A program made the translations under genes and the position numbers. Below the pieces are notes generated by a model, which worked only from the letters and a program-made list of their open reading frames with translations, had not been told where the DNA came from and ran no database searches. Below are positions 46,601 to 60,458 of a stretch of DNA of 64,000 nt, one piece after another. Location of the stretch: assembly GCA_048013815.1 (NCBI GenBank), contig CM106586.1, forward strand, positions 8,432,001 through 8,496,000, read 5' to 3'. Origin of the DNA: Setoptus koraiensis (taxonomy: Eukaryota; Animalia; Arthropoda). How positions within the stretch are numbered: the stretch's first letter is position 1; each line of letters starts with the position of its first letter.

Positions 46601-49600
46601 CAGCAACAACGCCAACAACGACGGCAACAACAACGCCAACAGGGACGACAACGGCGGCTCCCATGCCTCGGTTGCGTTGTTTATCATGCGAACAGCATGC
46701 AAGCCGACGGGCGACTTGATGTGCGAGTTGATTAAGCGCGGCGCCCCAGCCGCCGAGCCGGCTCGCCAGCGACGGTGCCGTCGCCGGGCCGCCGCAATCG
46801 GAGCCGGAATATATATCGAATATTAGCGCCGGCAGCGGCCGATACCGATCGGATACCGGCACCGGCCCGAGCCCGCGGACAGGCTCGCCCGACGGGCCGC
46901 CAGCGGGGCTGGCGGGGTTGCGCGGCTCAGCTGGGTGAGCCAGCCCGATGCGGCGAGCCGGCTCCTGGGCGGCTGACGCAAATTATATTACCATTAGGCG
47001 GCGATATCGGCAGTGTCAGCGGTATCGGCGCCACTGGCGGCAATAGTGTGCCGCAATGGTGCGGCAGTCGCGGCGCGCCACAACACGGCCGAACCGGGCA
47101 CAGCCGCGCCCGTCCCGTCCAACGGGTTCGCGCTGCGCGGCCCCGTGGGTGGCGCAGGCGGCTCGTTAGCGGGCTGCCGAGCTCAGGCCCGAGCTCAGGC
47201 CGAGCTGTCGGGCATTTCGGTGTGTTGCGTTTGCGAGCTCGCCACCAGAGCTGCATTCGGGTGCGGCGAGTCGCCGCCACTTGCCACCGGCCGGCCCGCC
47301 GCATCGCAGCCGGCCGGCCCGCCGCATCGCAACCGGCATGTCGGATGTGCCGTCGTCTCATCCACTTGTCAACTCGGCCGTCCGTCTCGGCGTCCGTTTG
47401 GCCGTCTCTCTGGCCATCGGCGGCTGAATGGCGAGCCAGCTCGCTCGCCATTCGGCTGCCATTTTGTCTTTGTCGCTCAAAGTCGTCGACGCACCATGCG
47501 AAACACTGCTCGCCGCGGCTGGCAAGCTGTCGCTGTTTATCATGCGAGTCACTCATTATGCAAGTCATGGACGGCAGCATCATTTTAAACTGGCTTCGCA
47601 TCAATCCGCACTGCAGCAGCGCCAACAACACCGACAACAACGCCGACAACGTCGACAGCAGCGCCGACAACACCCACGGCCGGACCCCTCGGCCGCTCGG
47701 GCCGGCAACGGCGCGCCCGTTTGTGGCGCGGGCTAGCCGGGCCGCCCTTGTCGAGAGTGATTCCACTTGATTGGTCGCCACTCAATTTGCCCCCGCTCGC
47801 CCTTACACCGGCACGGGACGGGGCGGCCTAGGTCGTTGTTTGTTTGCTGTTCGGCGCCGGCAGCGGCGGCGGACATTATGCAATCATCGTGATGCAACCG
47901 GCATTGGCGCGCTGATTGAACTAGTAAACAACTGGCCGTGCCCGTGAACTGTCAGCGACTCTCGTTATTCTCGTCAGTGTGATTACAACTGCGCCGTCAC
48001 ACGACAGTTGTCAATATTATTGCCGCTCGCATGCGCCCGCCATTATGGGCCATTTCACCCATGGGGGCCAGTCGGGCCGGTCCGCAAACCGTTCGGGCAC
48101 CCGCAAACTGTATACGTCAGTTTGCGGGCCGGCGTCACTCGACGACCGCGGGTACTCCGGTGCGGGCCGTCGGGACATGCCGCCGCCGCCGCCACCGTAG
48201 TAAACTGTGGGCCGGTATGCGCATAATGTGTACACTGACCACACATTATATGCTCATGTCAGTTGTATATTATATGCTCAGGTGCATATTATATGCCCAG
48301 GTATATATTGTATGGTGCATATTTCGCAATAATATATACAAAACGCCGGATATCATATTTCAGCGGGGCTTGCTCAGCTGGCGCCCGGCAAGACGGGCCA
48401 ATCATTCTGACGAGTGCGCTGGCTTGACGATCGCAATGGCTCGTTTTGGCCGAAATGAGTGCGGCCGAAACGAGCCTCGAGACCGTCGAGTTGACAGAGC
48501 GAGCTAAACAGGTTATACAAGGTACGGTATCCGTTTGCTTTCGGGCCACTTCACTCAGCGGGATCGCCCGAGGGCGTGCCTGTGCGAGGGTCAATTCGGC
48601 GGTCGGCGGTGCAGTTGAAGCAGTCGTTTCGTCGAAGTCGGTGCTGGCTCGCCCAATTGAGCCCAGAGGAAAACCCGCTCGCCGGCCACCAAATATACAG
48701 CTGATCGCGCCAACTTACCGTAAGGTAGTCACTGACGATGGTCAGCATCATGCCAACAGTATCGAGTGGTCAAGTGGCCGAAATCTATCCAATCGGTCCA
48801 ATTGGTCAATCGGATCGCCGGCGTGACGCAAAACACGGGGCCATAAATAGGAACGAGGCTGGCTTTTTTCGCTTTCGAGCATGCAAGCGCTCGCCAGATC
48901 TGTAAATGGATAATTGTACAATTGGCGCGAGTGGCGCTACTGGCCGCCGACGGGCGACAAGCCAAACATTGCGACATTTTAGAACAGTTCGAGCGCGCAA
49001 TATCGCGAGCCTCTCGGACCTCAAGTCGGATTCTCACGTATGTCACATACGGCGTGTAGCAGTTACAGTTGGCGCTAATGGGTGATTACCAGCAAAAGCG
49101 ATTCGCTTCAAATCGGCTCAAATGTCCGCCACAACAAATCGTGTGTCGCAAAATCATCGCTCCACGACAAGTGCAACTCGCTATGACCAGTGCAAATCAC
49201 TGCGCAATTGCCACAATTTCGGGCCCATTGCTGCACGCTGAAACCCTGCTCCTGGTCTGTTGTTCGGACGGGTGATAAATACACTTTTTTCTGCGCGACT
49301 CGCCGTTGTTTTGCGCCGCGAAATTCGCGGTCGTTCGCTACCCGCCGGCCGTCGGGTCAACACGCAACGCGCCATTGCAGAGCCACATCGGTTGCGGATC
49401 CGGTCTTTTTGTTCGCCGTAGCGGTACGGACACGGACCGTGGCCGCTTATGCCGTCTCATATCTGGCCAGTCCATTGAGCGGGACAGCGCCCATTGGACG
49501 GGGCAGCGGCCGTTGAGCGGGACAGCGGCCATTGGGCGGCTGGCTCGCGCGACTCAATGGCCGCTCCCCTCAATGGTTCTGATTAGATTACGCGGGCCGG

Positions 49601-50922
49601 GATTAGATTAAATTGGATGGCGCCGGCGCCTCGGCCAATCCGAACGGGATCCGGGCGCCGACGGCCCGCAACGAGCGTCCGCACGGGCCCACTGGCCCGG
49701 CTCGCTTGCCCGAATGGCCGGCCATGGATGAGGCCAGCTGAAGATGCGGCCAGCTGAAGATGCGGCCATCGGTCGGCCAGTGTGCCTTTTCCAGGTTGTT
49801 CGTTAATTGCATTGGTGCCATTGTTCAGTGGTGCCGCTGACCAGCAGCGGCCGATCGCGCTGGCGCGCCAACTCAGCATGTCGGCTCGCCGCTTGTCAAG
49901 TCGGTCTCGTCGGTCTTGTCGGTCAAGTCGCTCGAGTCGGCCTCGCCGGTCTGGTCGGTCTCGCCGGGTCCCGCCGGGCCGGCAGCACTGACAGCGCTGG
50001 GTCTCATCGCGGACTTATTATTATGGACCGGCGGCCCAAGTAACAGGCCGCAAATAACTGGCTCGAAATATCGGGCCGGCTGACAATGAGCGCGAATGGT
50101 CTTGGCATGCAGGCGCTCGCGGCTCTCGCTGGTGGCCGGCCGGAGATTATGCAAGCGCCAGCACTGTTGGCCGCTCGCCAGCTTGCCAGTCTGGCCCCAA
50201 CTAGCGGCCCCAACTGAGCGCACTGGCTGCCCCCCCCCACCCCGTTAGTCGCTCTGGAAAGAACGACAAGCAAAGTCTGACAACGCTCAGTGTAGGTGTG
50301 CGAGTGTGTGCGCGCGCCTAAGCTCCAATAACGGGCTATATATAGATTGTTGTTGCGCGCCGCTGTGAATTGGCAAATTGGGGCCCCGGCCGAAGGAGCG
50401 AGCGCCAAAAAAGCGGCCCGAGCGGGCCAACTCAGCTTCACTCAGCGCCCTTTTTGCAGCCCCTATGCGGCCACTATGCGGCCACCATGCGCTGCCAGCG
50501 CGCTGCCATAGGCACACAAGCGGGCGGACACAACCAGCAACTTGCCGCAGAGGCCCCCCGGTTTGGCCCCAATAGCCGCCCGGCGCGCTCGAACCGTTGG
50601 CCGTATGCGGCAGTCAGTTAAATAACGCAATAGCGGCCGGCCGGCCGGATTATCTGGGGCTCGCTGGATTCTCTCTATTTTCGAGCGCCGTCGGCGCTGC
50701 GTCGGGCCAGCCAGCTGAAACGCGCGTCAGCTCCACACGGCCCCAAACCGACGTCGGCTCGACACAGCTACGATAGCTGGCTCGGGGGCCCGCCCACGCA
50801 ATTTCGCGGCCGCCCGATAACTGGCTGGCTGCGAGTCGCACCTGTGCGCTGTTTGGCGTTAGTGGCGCTGCCAACGCTGAATAAATAACTAGCTGAATAT
50901 TGTCACCTATGTCTATACCTCG

Positions 50923-50924
<2 letters not shown>

Positions 50925-50962
<38 letters not shown>
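50925..50962. repeat. (GT)n microsatellite
   Basis: Direct reading. Confidence 0.95.
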
Positions 50963-50964
<2 letters not shown>

Positions 50965-53900
50965 CAAGCTCGCTCGGATAATTTCGTGCCATTTGATTGT
51001 GCATAATGCAAAAACAACGGCGCGCACACGCACAGTGGGCGCAAAAAACGAGACTGCATTTTAATTTGGGCCCCGGCGCAACTGCAATCTGTGTGCGCCG
51101 TTTGGCCCCCTGTTACGGCTCGCAACGGCCGCCGCATAACGATAACGGACGCGCGCATGGGGCCCGTGGGGCCGCGCACAGCGGGCCCATTAGGCCGGCG
51201 GTCAGCGCGAGTCGCGCTTTTAGTGGTCGGCTGGTGCGACGCACGCAAATGGGGCCACTCGACCGCTGTCGCCGGCGCTGGCCCCGTGTCCGCTGGCAAC
51301 AATATCCGCTCGGCGTGCACGTTGTCGCATTATGCTCGCATATTGCCGTGCACATTGTGTGCTGCTGCCATTTATCTCGCCATTGTTCGTGCCGGGCTAA
51401 ATGCGCGATTGCCAGCTTGCTCGCGAGCTGGCGAGCCCGCGAACTGGCAGGCGGCCCCGCAAATTCGCGATTTGTGACTGACACAAATCTCACAAATGGC
51501 ACCGTTCGCAAAGGGGGCCCCAGTTGACACTGCATGCAGGCCCCGTTAACGGGCAGCCCCGGCGACTTGCAGCCCCAGCGACGGGCGGATCCCGGTGACG
51601 GGCGGCTCCCGGCGACGGTGACGGGCAGCTCCCGGCGACGGCGTCGGGCAGCTCAGAGCGCGTCAAGCGGGCCCCGATTGAGATTTATCTCTCAGCGTGT
51701 GTCAACGGGCACAAATGGGGCCCCGTGGCCGATTCGTCGATTCGTTGGCCGGTTGGCGCATTCGTCAAGTCGCTCGTTATTTGCAACTTGTCACCTGTCT
51801 GACAACTGGCAGCGAGTGGCCATCGGCTCGATCGACGCGCCATCTTGGCCATGGCCGCCGTCCACGCCAAACTAGTGCCAAAATGGTTGGTGCCGTCCGC
51901 GCCACGATATGCGTGCCGCGCGTCCCGCGTGACACGGGCCGCGTCGCTCGAGCTGCATCGCTCAGGCCGCGTCGGACGTTGCTCGGGCACGTCGCACGGG
52001 CACTCAAGAGCCGGGCCGGCAAGAGACAGCGAGCGGGCCGGCAAGAGACAGCAATCCGCCAGAGACGGCGATTTGTTGCTCGCCGTCCCGTGGCTGCAAC
52101 AAATCGGCGTATGTGTGCCAATTTCAAGCGCAAAAAACCCGACCGCTCGTCGTTACGTAAGTCGTTATGTGTGCGAGCACGGGCCTCGCTGGGGCCTCCG
52201 CCAGATCGCTGGCCAGTGCACGGCCAGCGATCACGACCGTATCTGGCCGCAACGAAACATTTATGTGTGTCTAGCGGGCGCCCAGTGTGTAGCCGAGTGT
52301 ATCCATTGTTGCATAGTTGGCCCCATATAATATAATGTAATGCGTGTAACGGGCCATTGTTTGTATTTCCTAATCAGCTCATTACGCGTATCATCAGCCG
52401 GCTCGTGGCAAACATCCAACGCGCACACGAACGTGTTTATGCTCGTGGTGGTCGTAATGGCTGGCAGCGTGCATAATGCATAAATAAGCGACTGCCGCAA
52501 TGGCACAACACAAAATGACGCAATAAATTAAATTGTCGTTTTTCGCCAGGCGTCGCCGCTGAGGCGCCTGGCCAGATGAGTGCGTTCGCCGCTGCCCGCT
52601 TGCCTTGCACGTCCGCGCCAGCGGGCCACCATTTCGGTCCCGCACGAGCACGGGCTAGCGAGGGGCCCGCACAAGCACGGGCTGGCGGGCCAGCATTTCG
52701 GGCCAGGGGCCCCGCGCGCCGCGCAAACAAACTGTTTGTGCGGCGCAAGCCCGCTAACGAACAACAAGACAAACAAGCGGCCAGAGGCGATCAATCAAAT
52801 TCGCGCGCGAATCATTCTTGATCACAGTCTCGCGCTCGGCGCTGTGCCGGCCCGGCATGCCCACGACTCTTGGCCCCCCGAAAATGCGCCCCACTCTGCA
52901 CCGGCAACTTGCACAGTTTTGCGCATAGTTAATTGTTTCAATTATACCAGCACACTGTACACAATTGAGCACAATCGACCGTCGCCGGGGCCCGCGCCGC
53001 TGCACGCCAACTGTTAACGTGTGGCCGGCCAACGTGTCGGGCCGGCCCATTGTCGCTGGGGCCCCGCCGCCGCCGCTCGCTAATTACAACGCACTCCACA
53101 CAATGGCCGTTATATTTATTGTGGCGCGGCATGCCCATCGAGTGGGGCCCCCGCACAAGACCATTCACGTGTCGGCGGTATGTATGTGATTGTTGTAGCA
53201 AGTGCGTAAGTGCATTAGAGATGATTTATTGCCGTTATCGGGCGCGGGTTGTGGGTTTGCGCGCGGCCCGCGGACGCCACTCCGCGGCCCAGTTGGCTCA
53301 ATTACTCTCCTCCACGCGCGGGTGCGCCCGCAGCGGCCCCGCAGCGGCCCGCGCCGGCCGTATAGCCGGCCAACGTGTCGGGCCGGCGCCCGAGGAGCTG
53401 TGGTCGCGAAAGTCGCTATATTCACCAATAATTACCAGTATTTCATTGCGCATTGTGTCTAACGGTGGCCGGCTCGCGCGTTTGCCACCCATGTCGGCAT
53501 ATTAGTAACATTGGTAACATTTGTAATATGTGACAAGTGCAACACGACAACAGCGCCGCCGTGCAATTGCTCTGCTCGTGGCCAGAAACAGCCACCGCGA
53601 CCACACAAATACCATTGCTCACCTTGATTCGGCAGCCATTATCGCCGCATTGTATCGCCGTTATCGGGCGCCATGTTGCGCACTGTGGCACTTCATAACG
53701 TTGAATGGCATTAGTGTCACCCGACCCAGCGGCCGGTCGGACGATCAGGGTATTGCCGAAGCGGGCACCGGCCTCATCGGGCCGGCGTGTTGTGCCGTTG
53801 CTTTCGTTTGGCTGTGGCACATGTGAAAAATAAACAAATCGCCCGCGTGCAACGGACCCGCAACCGGACGATTAGCTGTGTCCGGCGACTTTGTGTACGA

Positions 53901-55759
53901 TTGTGGTGATCGCGCCGAACCGGCGGGTCCCGCAAGAGCGCGGCGGCCAGCCGCCAGTCCGCTGACCGGTTCGGTGTCGTCGGTGTCCAGGCTGCCACGT
54001 CCGTCTGGCTGCCACGTCCGTGCTGCTGCCATGTCGGCCTTGCCAGGCCGGTCTTGCCATGTTTGTCTTACATTGGCGAGCGACAACTAGCTCGTGCACA
54101 ATGCAAACACTAACAAGCGCTAGTTACTAGCAAAACAACGCTAATACACACACACACACACACACACAAAACACAATTGATTCGTCAACATTTGCATATT
54201 AAATCAGATTCAATTAAGTCGCCAGTGTGCGCGCAAACTGTCACTCTAACCATTATGCAAATCGCTGGCCGCCATTGTGTTGTGGGCCGCCGAAAACAGC
54301 TATCACTGGCGCCCGTTGTGCCCGCCGCCCACGCAAACGCGACGCGATTTTTATCAAGTTTACAATTGTTTGCAATTTGGGCGCATTCGCATCCCACTGC
54401 TTGTTTGTTTTCTAACAAGATGCAGCGACGTCTCGAGAAATCAATCGTTCAACGGAGCCCAGTGACGCGGCGGCAACGGCACTCTGGCGCGTCGGCAACG
54501 AGACTCTGGCTCGGCGAGCGCCGACCGAGTTCGCCGGTCCGCGGCGCCTCCTTCTCATTCGCTCCAAAATTGCCAGTCACAATTGGTTCGTCGGCGAACA
54601 AAATACATGTATCTTTGACATTTTCGAAAAGTCTGATCGGTTACGGCAACAGAGTCACCTGTTCGATGCCGACCACAATGTCGATTCGCTGACACCTTTT
54701 CGGCCCATTGCACAACTCGTCAGCCGCTAGCTCACGCTCGCAGCTCTTGTTGGCTTGAGAATAGCCAGAAAGAAAATTTGCCAGAAAATTGTTGAGGCTT
54801 CGCCGGTGTCGTTCGCGAGCCACCCTGCTGTTGACGATTCCGCTGTTATGTTATTGTCACGAAAACTGGCCAGCGCAAACGAACATGCCAAAACTAAAAC
54901 CTTTGCCCACACAATAATGGCGTGCAGAGAGGAGAGGCCCCAGCGCTGCAAATGACCGAAATGAGACGAGCGAGACAAAATCGGAGACAGAGAAGCGACC
55001 GAAGTCCCAGATCGAGCGGCCCCTGCTCATTCGTCCAGTTGGGGCCCGTTCGAACACAGTTCGTTTGGCCCGAACACACTGTCAATGCTCGCAGCTCGCT
55101 CGTGCTGACGCCGCTCCAGTGCGACCAGTGTCAGCGAGCCAAGGCCCATTGAGGCTCCCCGGCGACCATTGAACTGGCCAGCTCAGTGGCCGGCTCAATG
55201 ATGGCGAGCGAATTTCGTGTTCATGCGAGAGTCACGATTGCAATTGCAGCGACTGGTGACGCAAGCTAGCTTGACAGTTGGCAGAAACGGCTGGCGCTTA
55301 GCGGAAACGGACAGGCCGAGAGAAAACGCTTAGCGGGTTTAATTGTGTGTTGCTACATGGTAAATCTGAACAATCGTTTGCTTTTTTTTTGTCGCCTAGT
55401 CGCACTGGACAATGTTACATAACAATGGCATGAGTGTGTTACATAACATTGGCTGTTACATAACCTAATGTTTGCTTTTTGGGCTGGCTGTAGCGAGCCC
55501 TGGTGACAGCCACTGGCAACATTGGCACTCGAGCAACACGAAGCTCGATTGTCACTTGTTCAGTCGGCCAAGTGGGCGCCCCTTGTCCCGTTATGCCGTC
55601 TCATTGGCGCCACCATTGGACCATTTATGTGGCGGATGTTGGCCGAAAATTTGCTCTCGTGTGAGGGTGTCAGCTGGCGAACAGCAGATTAACTGACAAT
55701 TGAAATTGCGCCCGGCCGGCCCGACGACGAGCGGTCAGCCATACAAAGCGCTACATTTA

Positions 55760-55833
55760 TACCCGTCATGATACCCGTCATGATACCCGTCATGATACCC
55801 GTCATGATACACCGCCATGATAGCCCGTTATGA
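55760..55833. repeat. 12-bp tandem repeat TACCCGTCATGA x4 plus 2 degenerate copies
   Basis: Direct reading. Confidence 0.9.
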
Positions 55834-55962
55834 TACCATACCATTGCGCTGCAATTGTTTGCAATATATCCATGTAATATATATATATACATTATTTGCT
55901 GCTTACAATAACTTTCGGCCGAACCTAACGGTTATATAACGAGCTCGGCGCGTTGCGCAACA

Positions 55963-56010
55963 ACGTCCAGCTATGCAAGGCGGTGCGAGGGGCCTTACAT
56001 AGCTGGACGT
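55963..56010 (-). ncRNA. Candidate pre-miRNA-like hairpin (19-bp stem, 10-nt loop)
   Basis: Minus strand ACGTCCAGCTATGTAAGGC-CCCTCGCACC-GCCTTGCATAGCTGGACGT; fully paired with one G-U. Confidence 0.4.
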
Positions 56011-57067
56011 AGCTTATCTCTTCGCTGCGTGTAGCGACCCGTGCCGTACCTATTTATCGCTCGTCTTGGACCAGTAAACTGGCCGCATAAGACCGTGTGA
56101 CTGCATAGATATATCTTTGTATACGTATTTGTTATATCCATGTATATACACGCGATGTAATAACGTCTCTATGTGGCTCGGTGTAATGATTGTTGCGCGC
56201 CCCTTCGTTGTAGTCGTATTCCGCCAAGCGTAAGAGAGAGAGAGATAGCCATTTATCTGGCTATCCCTGTTACAAGTGGAGCAGCACGCTCAGCCGAGTA
56301 CCATTTGAATTTCAATCTATCCAGCCTTAATTATTATCTAATAACCTCGCACACAATTCATCTATCTCTCGTGCACTTGCAACCGACCGCCGAGAGTGCA
56401 AATTAGCTTGCCGTATTACGTAACGTAACACGGCGCTTGCAATGCAACTTGGCTGTTTTTGTTTTTCGGGCTAGTTGCTTACGTAACAAGTCGTCGTCCC
56501 TGTCCAATGCGGAAGAGATTTTTTGCTCGGGCCCCCAAAACGCAAATTCGGGCAGCCAACAACAATTTATATTCAGACCTTGAGCTTGGCTGCGCCATTG
56601 TGCACACATGCACGATGTTATTATTATTATATATCGCGAAATGGTGCGATCCGCTGGTTGGTTGCAACACTCGAACTTGGTTGCTAGAAACTTTTATTAC
56701 ACACTGTTGGCGCGGTCATTGTTGATGTAACATTGTAACAATGTCATGTTGCAGCTCTCGCCAGATAATGGGCCGCTCGCTGGCATCGTCAGCTCGTGGG
56801 ACACATTCGAGGCTGGCCAGCTCCTTCGAAGCGTCAAGTGTCGCTGGAAAAAAACTCGCCGTTGCAGCTACTTTGGTCATAGCTACTATGGCCGGGCTAC
56901 AGCGCCAACTAATTAGCCGACACTGTGGACGACTATTAGTTGTCCCATATGTCACGCTCGCTTCGTCGCTCAAAGTCGGCCTGTACAGGTGAGGGCGCTT
57001 CCAGTTTGGGCTTTGGGGGCACCATTGAGTCAGCCAGTTCACTATATCAGCATATATATTATATATA

Positions 57068-57104
57068 TTCAGCGTAACCGTTATAATATAACGGTTACGC
57101 TGAA
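57068..57104. repeat. Perfect palindrome, 18-bp arms, 1-nt spacer
   Basis: TTCAGCGTAACCGTTATA-A-TATAACGGTTACGCTGAA. Confidence 0.95.
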
Positions 57105-59006
57105 ATGCATGCCAGTGTAACGGTTATATTTAGTTTGTTGGCTTGTATGAACTAGGTCAGTTTAGATGGCAGCAATTGAGCTTTTTGCTGAATTCAGCTG
57201 CTGAAAATTTGCCACTGTCACTAGCGCACCGGCGCCACTTGTGATATGAGGCTGCGGCCTCAAACAAGCGGCCCAAAATCAGAATCAATCGACTTTAGAC
57301 TGAATTTCACCTCTGGGGCCCACCCGACAAAAACATGGCCGCCAGTGGCGACAATCATTAAGCGATCGGCTCATTAGGCGCGCCCAGAGTTCGCCGAAAT
57401 TGAGATTTTGCGCTGATTTTGATCGCTCTATTTCAGCCGGCCCGGCCCCAAGCCGAAGCCAATGTTGCCCTGCGCACTTAACTAACCGTTACAAACGGTT
57501 ACCAGCAACCGTTACACCAGCGAGCTAACCAACTCAATGACGCAACCTATAGCCTACTTGTACAACAAGCTGGCTATCAATTAAACGTACCACCCGAAAT
57601 GTTGTTGTCTACACCTACGTGTTGTCGACATTAATCGCGTTAGCTTGTGTGTAATTCACAACTTGTGAAACTATTCGGAAATCGTTTTTCATGATTGGCC
57701 TTTTTGGCACACGCACACGCACAACCCATATCCCGCGAGCCCGTCGTGATTGGTACTAGATTGCCTGCTCGTGTGAGTTTGGCTCGAACCGATTGAGCGC
57801 GAACAACTCGAGAGGAAGCAGCCAGAAAAAAGCGACGAAAAAGTTTTCGGAAAAACGGAAGAGGCCAGACGGGCCAGAGTGAGCCGGCAAGGGCCGAAAA
57901 AAGCCAGCAAAAGCCGGAAAAAGGCACAAGAAGGGGCGCCCAGTGACAAGAACAAGCGCCCAGACCAAATTGTAGTTTTATAATCCGACTGGTCGCGTCA
58001 AAAGTGGCAGCGATCGCGACGTCATCAGCAGCGCCAGCGGCGAAAAACAAATTATGTCACGAATGACGTTGGCACAATACGCGCCGATATTATCGCGTAT
58101 CGCCGCGAACCTATCGGTCTATCCAGCGCTGCCGATTCGCGCTGTCCAACGCGGCCGGGCGCCCAAAGAAGCGGGATAAAGCGGGTTTTTGTCGTCACAA
58201 TCAACTGATCACTTGGCTGGTTTCCTCGCTGCAGTGTCTGGCACGCGTTGCAGCGCAAATCTGGCCCCAATGGGCCCGCGTCGTGCTCTGAACACTGCAG
58301 TGCGTGCCAGAAATTGCCCCGTTCGCGATTCAGTCTAGACATCGCGATAGACAAGCCAGACAAAAGTGGAGACAAAAGAGCCAGCGGCCGCTTTCAAACG
58401 GTCCCATTCGCCTATCCGTCTGACCTCGCAAATGAAGTCCGTAATAAAGTTTCCAGCATCGCGCTGGCAAGAGAAGACAATATCCGTGAATTAATTACCG
58501 ATCGGTTTGTCTGATTTGGCGATTTTTCCCGGTGCCTTGCTCGAGCATAAATCAGCAGTCAGGTGATTTATGTTTTGGTTGTGTGAGATCTTTTCACCGA
58601 GCCAGAAATAAATAATTTAGATGAGAAAAAGAGTGGCCACTCTTTTCCGCCTGATTTCTCCAACTATTGAATTGCTCGAATGATGGGAGCTCGATGCGGA
58701 TGCTCGGCGCGATTGCGTCAGCATTTGAAGACTCAATTTCAAATTTTGAACCCATGCAAGTGTCAACTTTTAATGTTTAACTCATCGGCAACGCGGCTGT
58801 CGATTTCGGCGAGCCACCGGCGGCCGAAATTGCAAGCGTATCGTCATCGCACAGAAGCCATTGTAGCCGGCCATTTCATATTGGGCCACTCTTCGGATCG
58901 TTTGTTTTGGCGATGCGGCCTCACGCCGACTACCAACGGCCGCACACGGTATTACGCAACAACTGCGCGATACTGTCGAGTTAGCATGCGAAAATGCAAA
59001 TGCGCC

Positions 59007-59086
59007 CAAATATCACACATTTCAGGCAAATATCATGCATTTCGGGCAAATATCATACATTTCGGGAAAGTATTGGATATTTCGGG
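59007..59086. repeat. 20-bp tandem repeat, 4 imperfect copies
   Basis: CAAATATCA(C/T)(A/G)CATTTC(A/G)GG units. Confidence 0.85.
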
Positions 59087-60347
59087 CGCGAAAATGTCAG
59101 CGCCGGGGCCATCGATCAAATCGCTTTTCAGCAGAGAAATTGCGGCAGATTTTCGAAAGGTCGCTGCGGTTTGCTCAGGTACTTTGGGCGAATTTGCGTC
59201 ATCGTAGGCACACAAAAAAAAACAGAAGAGCCGAAAATTGTCTGCCCCAAAAAAAGATTCGAGGCTTCGTGGCTTCGCGAATCGCGAACGCAGGGCACAT
59301 TCGGATGGAAATGCAGAATGGGCCCTGCATGGGCACAGTTGTGCCTCATTCGTCAGAAAAAGCGATTCTCGCTAATCTTGGGCCCCAATTTGCCTGGCCC
59401 CAGTCGTCGCAGCGCGTCCCGGCGAAGAACGTTCCGGGCGTTATGCGTTCGGGCTGCGCAATGGGCACCCAGTGCGGAGAGTATTAGTTAATAAACACGT
59501 CACTACTTACCGCTAATAGTGCCATGCGCCGATGCGCCAAGTAACGTCTCAATTCGGAGCGTCACCTTGAAACGAACGCTTCCAGGGATCGGGGCCCCAT
59601 TGTCGCTATGTCCGCAGCAGTGAATCACATGCTGCCAGTTTGCCGTGACAGGCAACGCATTTCGGGCGCTTCGAAAATCGCACTTTAGCCCTCGAACGTC
59701 CTCTAGGTCTGGATATCCGAAAGCCCCGACTTGGAACGGGCAAATGGGCCCCTTTTCGTGTCGTTTTGTTTTGCGCGAATCAAATAAAACAGCCAGCGAC
59801 GCACTAAGTGGCTAAGCTGTCCCTAGTCACCGATGAATGGCCGGCGGTAAGTCAATGGCTAGTCGCTTGTATCATGCAGCAACTTGTGTGAGTATATAAC
59901 GGTTTTGGTATGCGCATTGAGCAACGACCGACGACGGAAATTACAGATTTAGAGACAAACTGACGCAACGTGACATTTGCACATTGCGATTTTGCGCGAA
60001 ATTGAATTACTTTGGCCTGGCCCGGCTCGGCTCGGCACGGCCCGGCTGACTTGTGTGTATTTTCGCTGGATACGCTTGCATACTGTCTATTGTCTGCTGG
60101 CGGCTATGAAGATTATCGTCGAGATTATTTGACGCCTAGGCCGCTGGCTGGCAAAGATGCGCGGCCGCTTTCGGGGCCCCGGCCAGCATTGATAGCGGGG
60201 GCCACACAGCGGCGGCACAAGCGACCGGCCGGCCGGGTGCTTTTTATGCCCCCACCCAGCCCCCGCTCTGGGTCGCGAGCGTTCGCCGGCCACTTCGCAG
60301 CGAAAGAGAATTGATTGCGTTCCTTCGCTCCGTTCATTTTCAAGGCT

Positions 60348-60458
60348 TCGAGGCTCCCAAGTTGAGGGGCCCGAAGTTGAGAGGCCCCCAAGTTGTGATG
60401 ATCCCGAGTTCGAAGGCCCAGAGTTGCGAGGCCCGAAGCTGTGAGGCCCGAAGTTGCG
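60348..60458. repeat. About 15-bp degenerate tandem repeat (GAGGCCCGAAGTTG-like), about 7 copies
   Basis: Direct reading. Confidence 0.75.

Noticed and set aside
47979-48826. Possible small exons (MGHFTHGG...PPPPPP; AETSLETVELTERAKQVIQ)
   Set aside because: Could not assemble a consistent gene model or recognise a family; insufficient support without transcript data.
43045-55200. Dense overlapping R/A/G/P-rich ORFs including 331 aa (46775-47770) and 284 aa (46927-47781)
   Set aside because: Open in many frames on both strands because of high GC and simple repeats; no recognisable domains.
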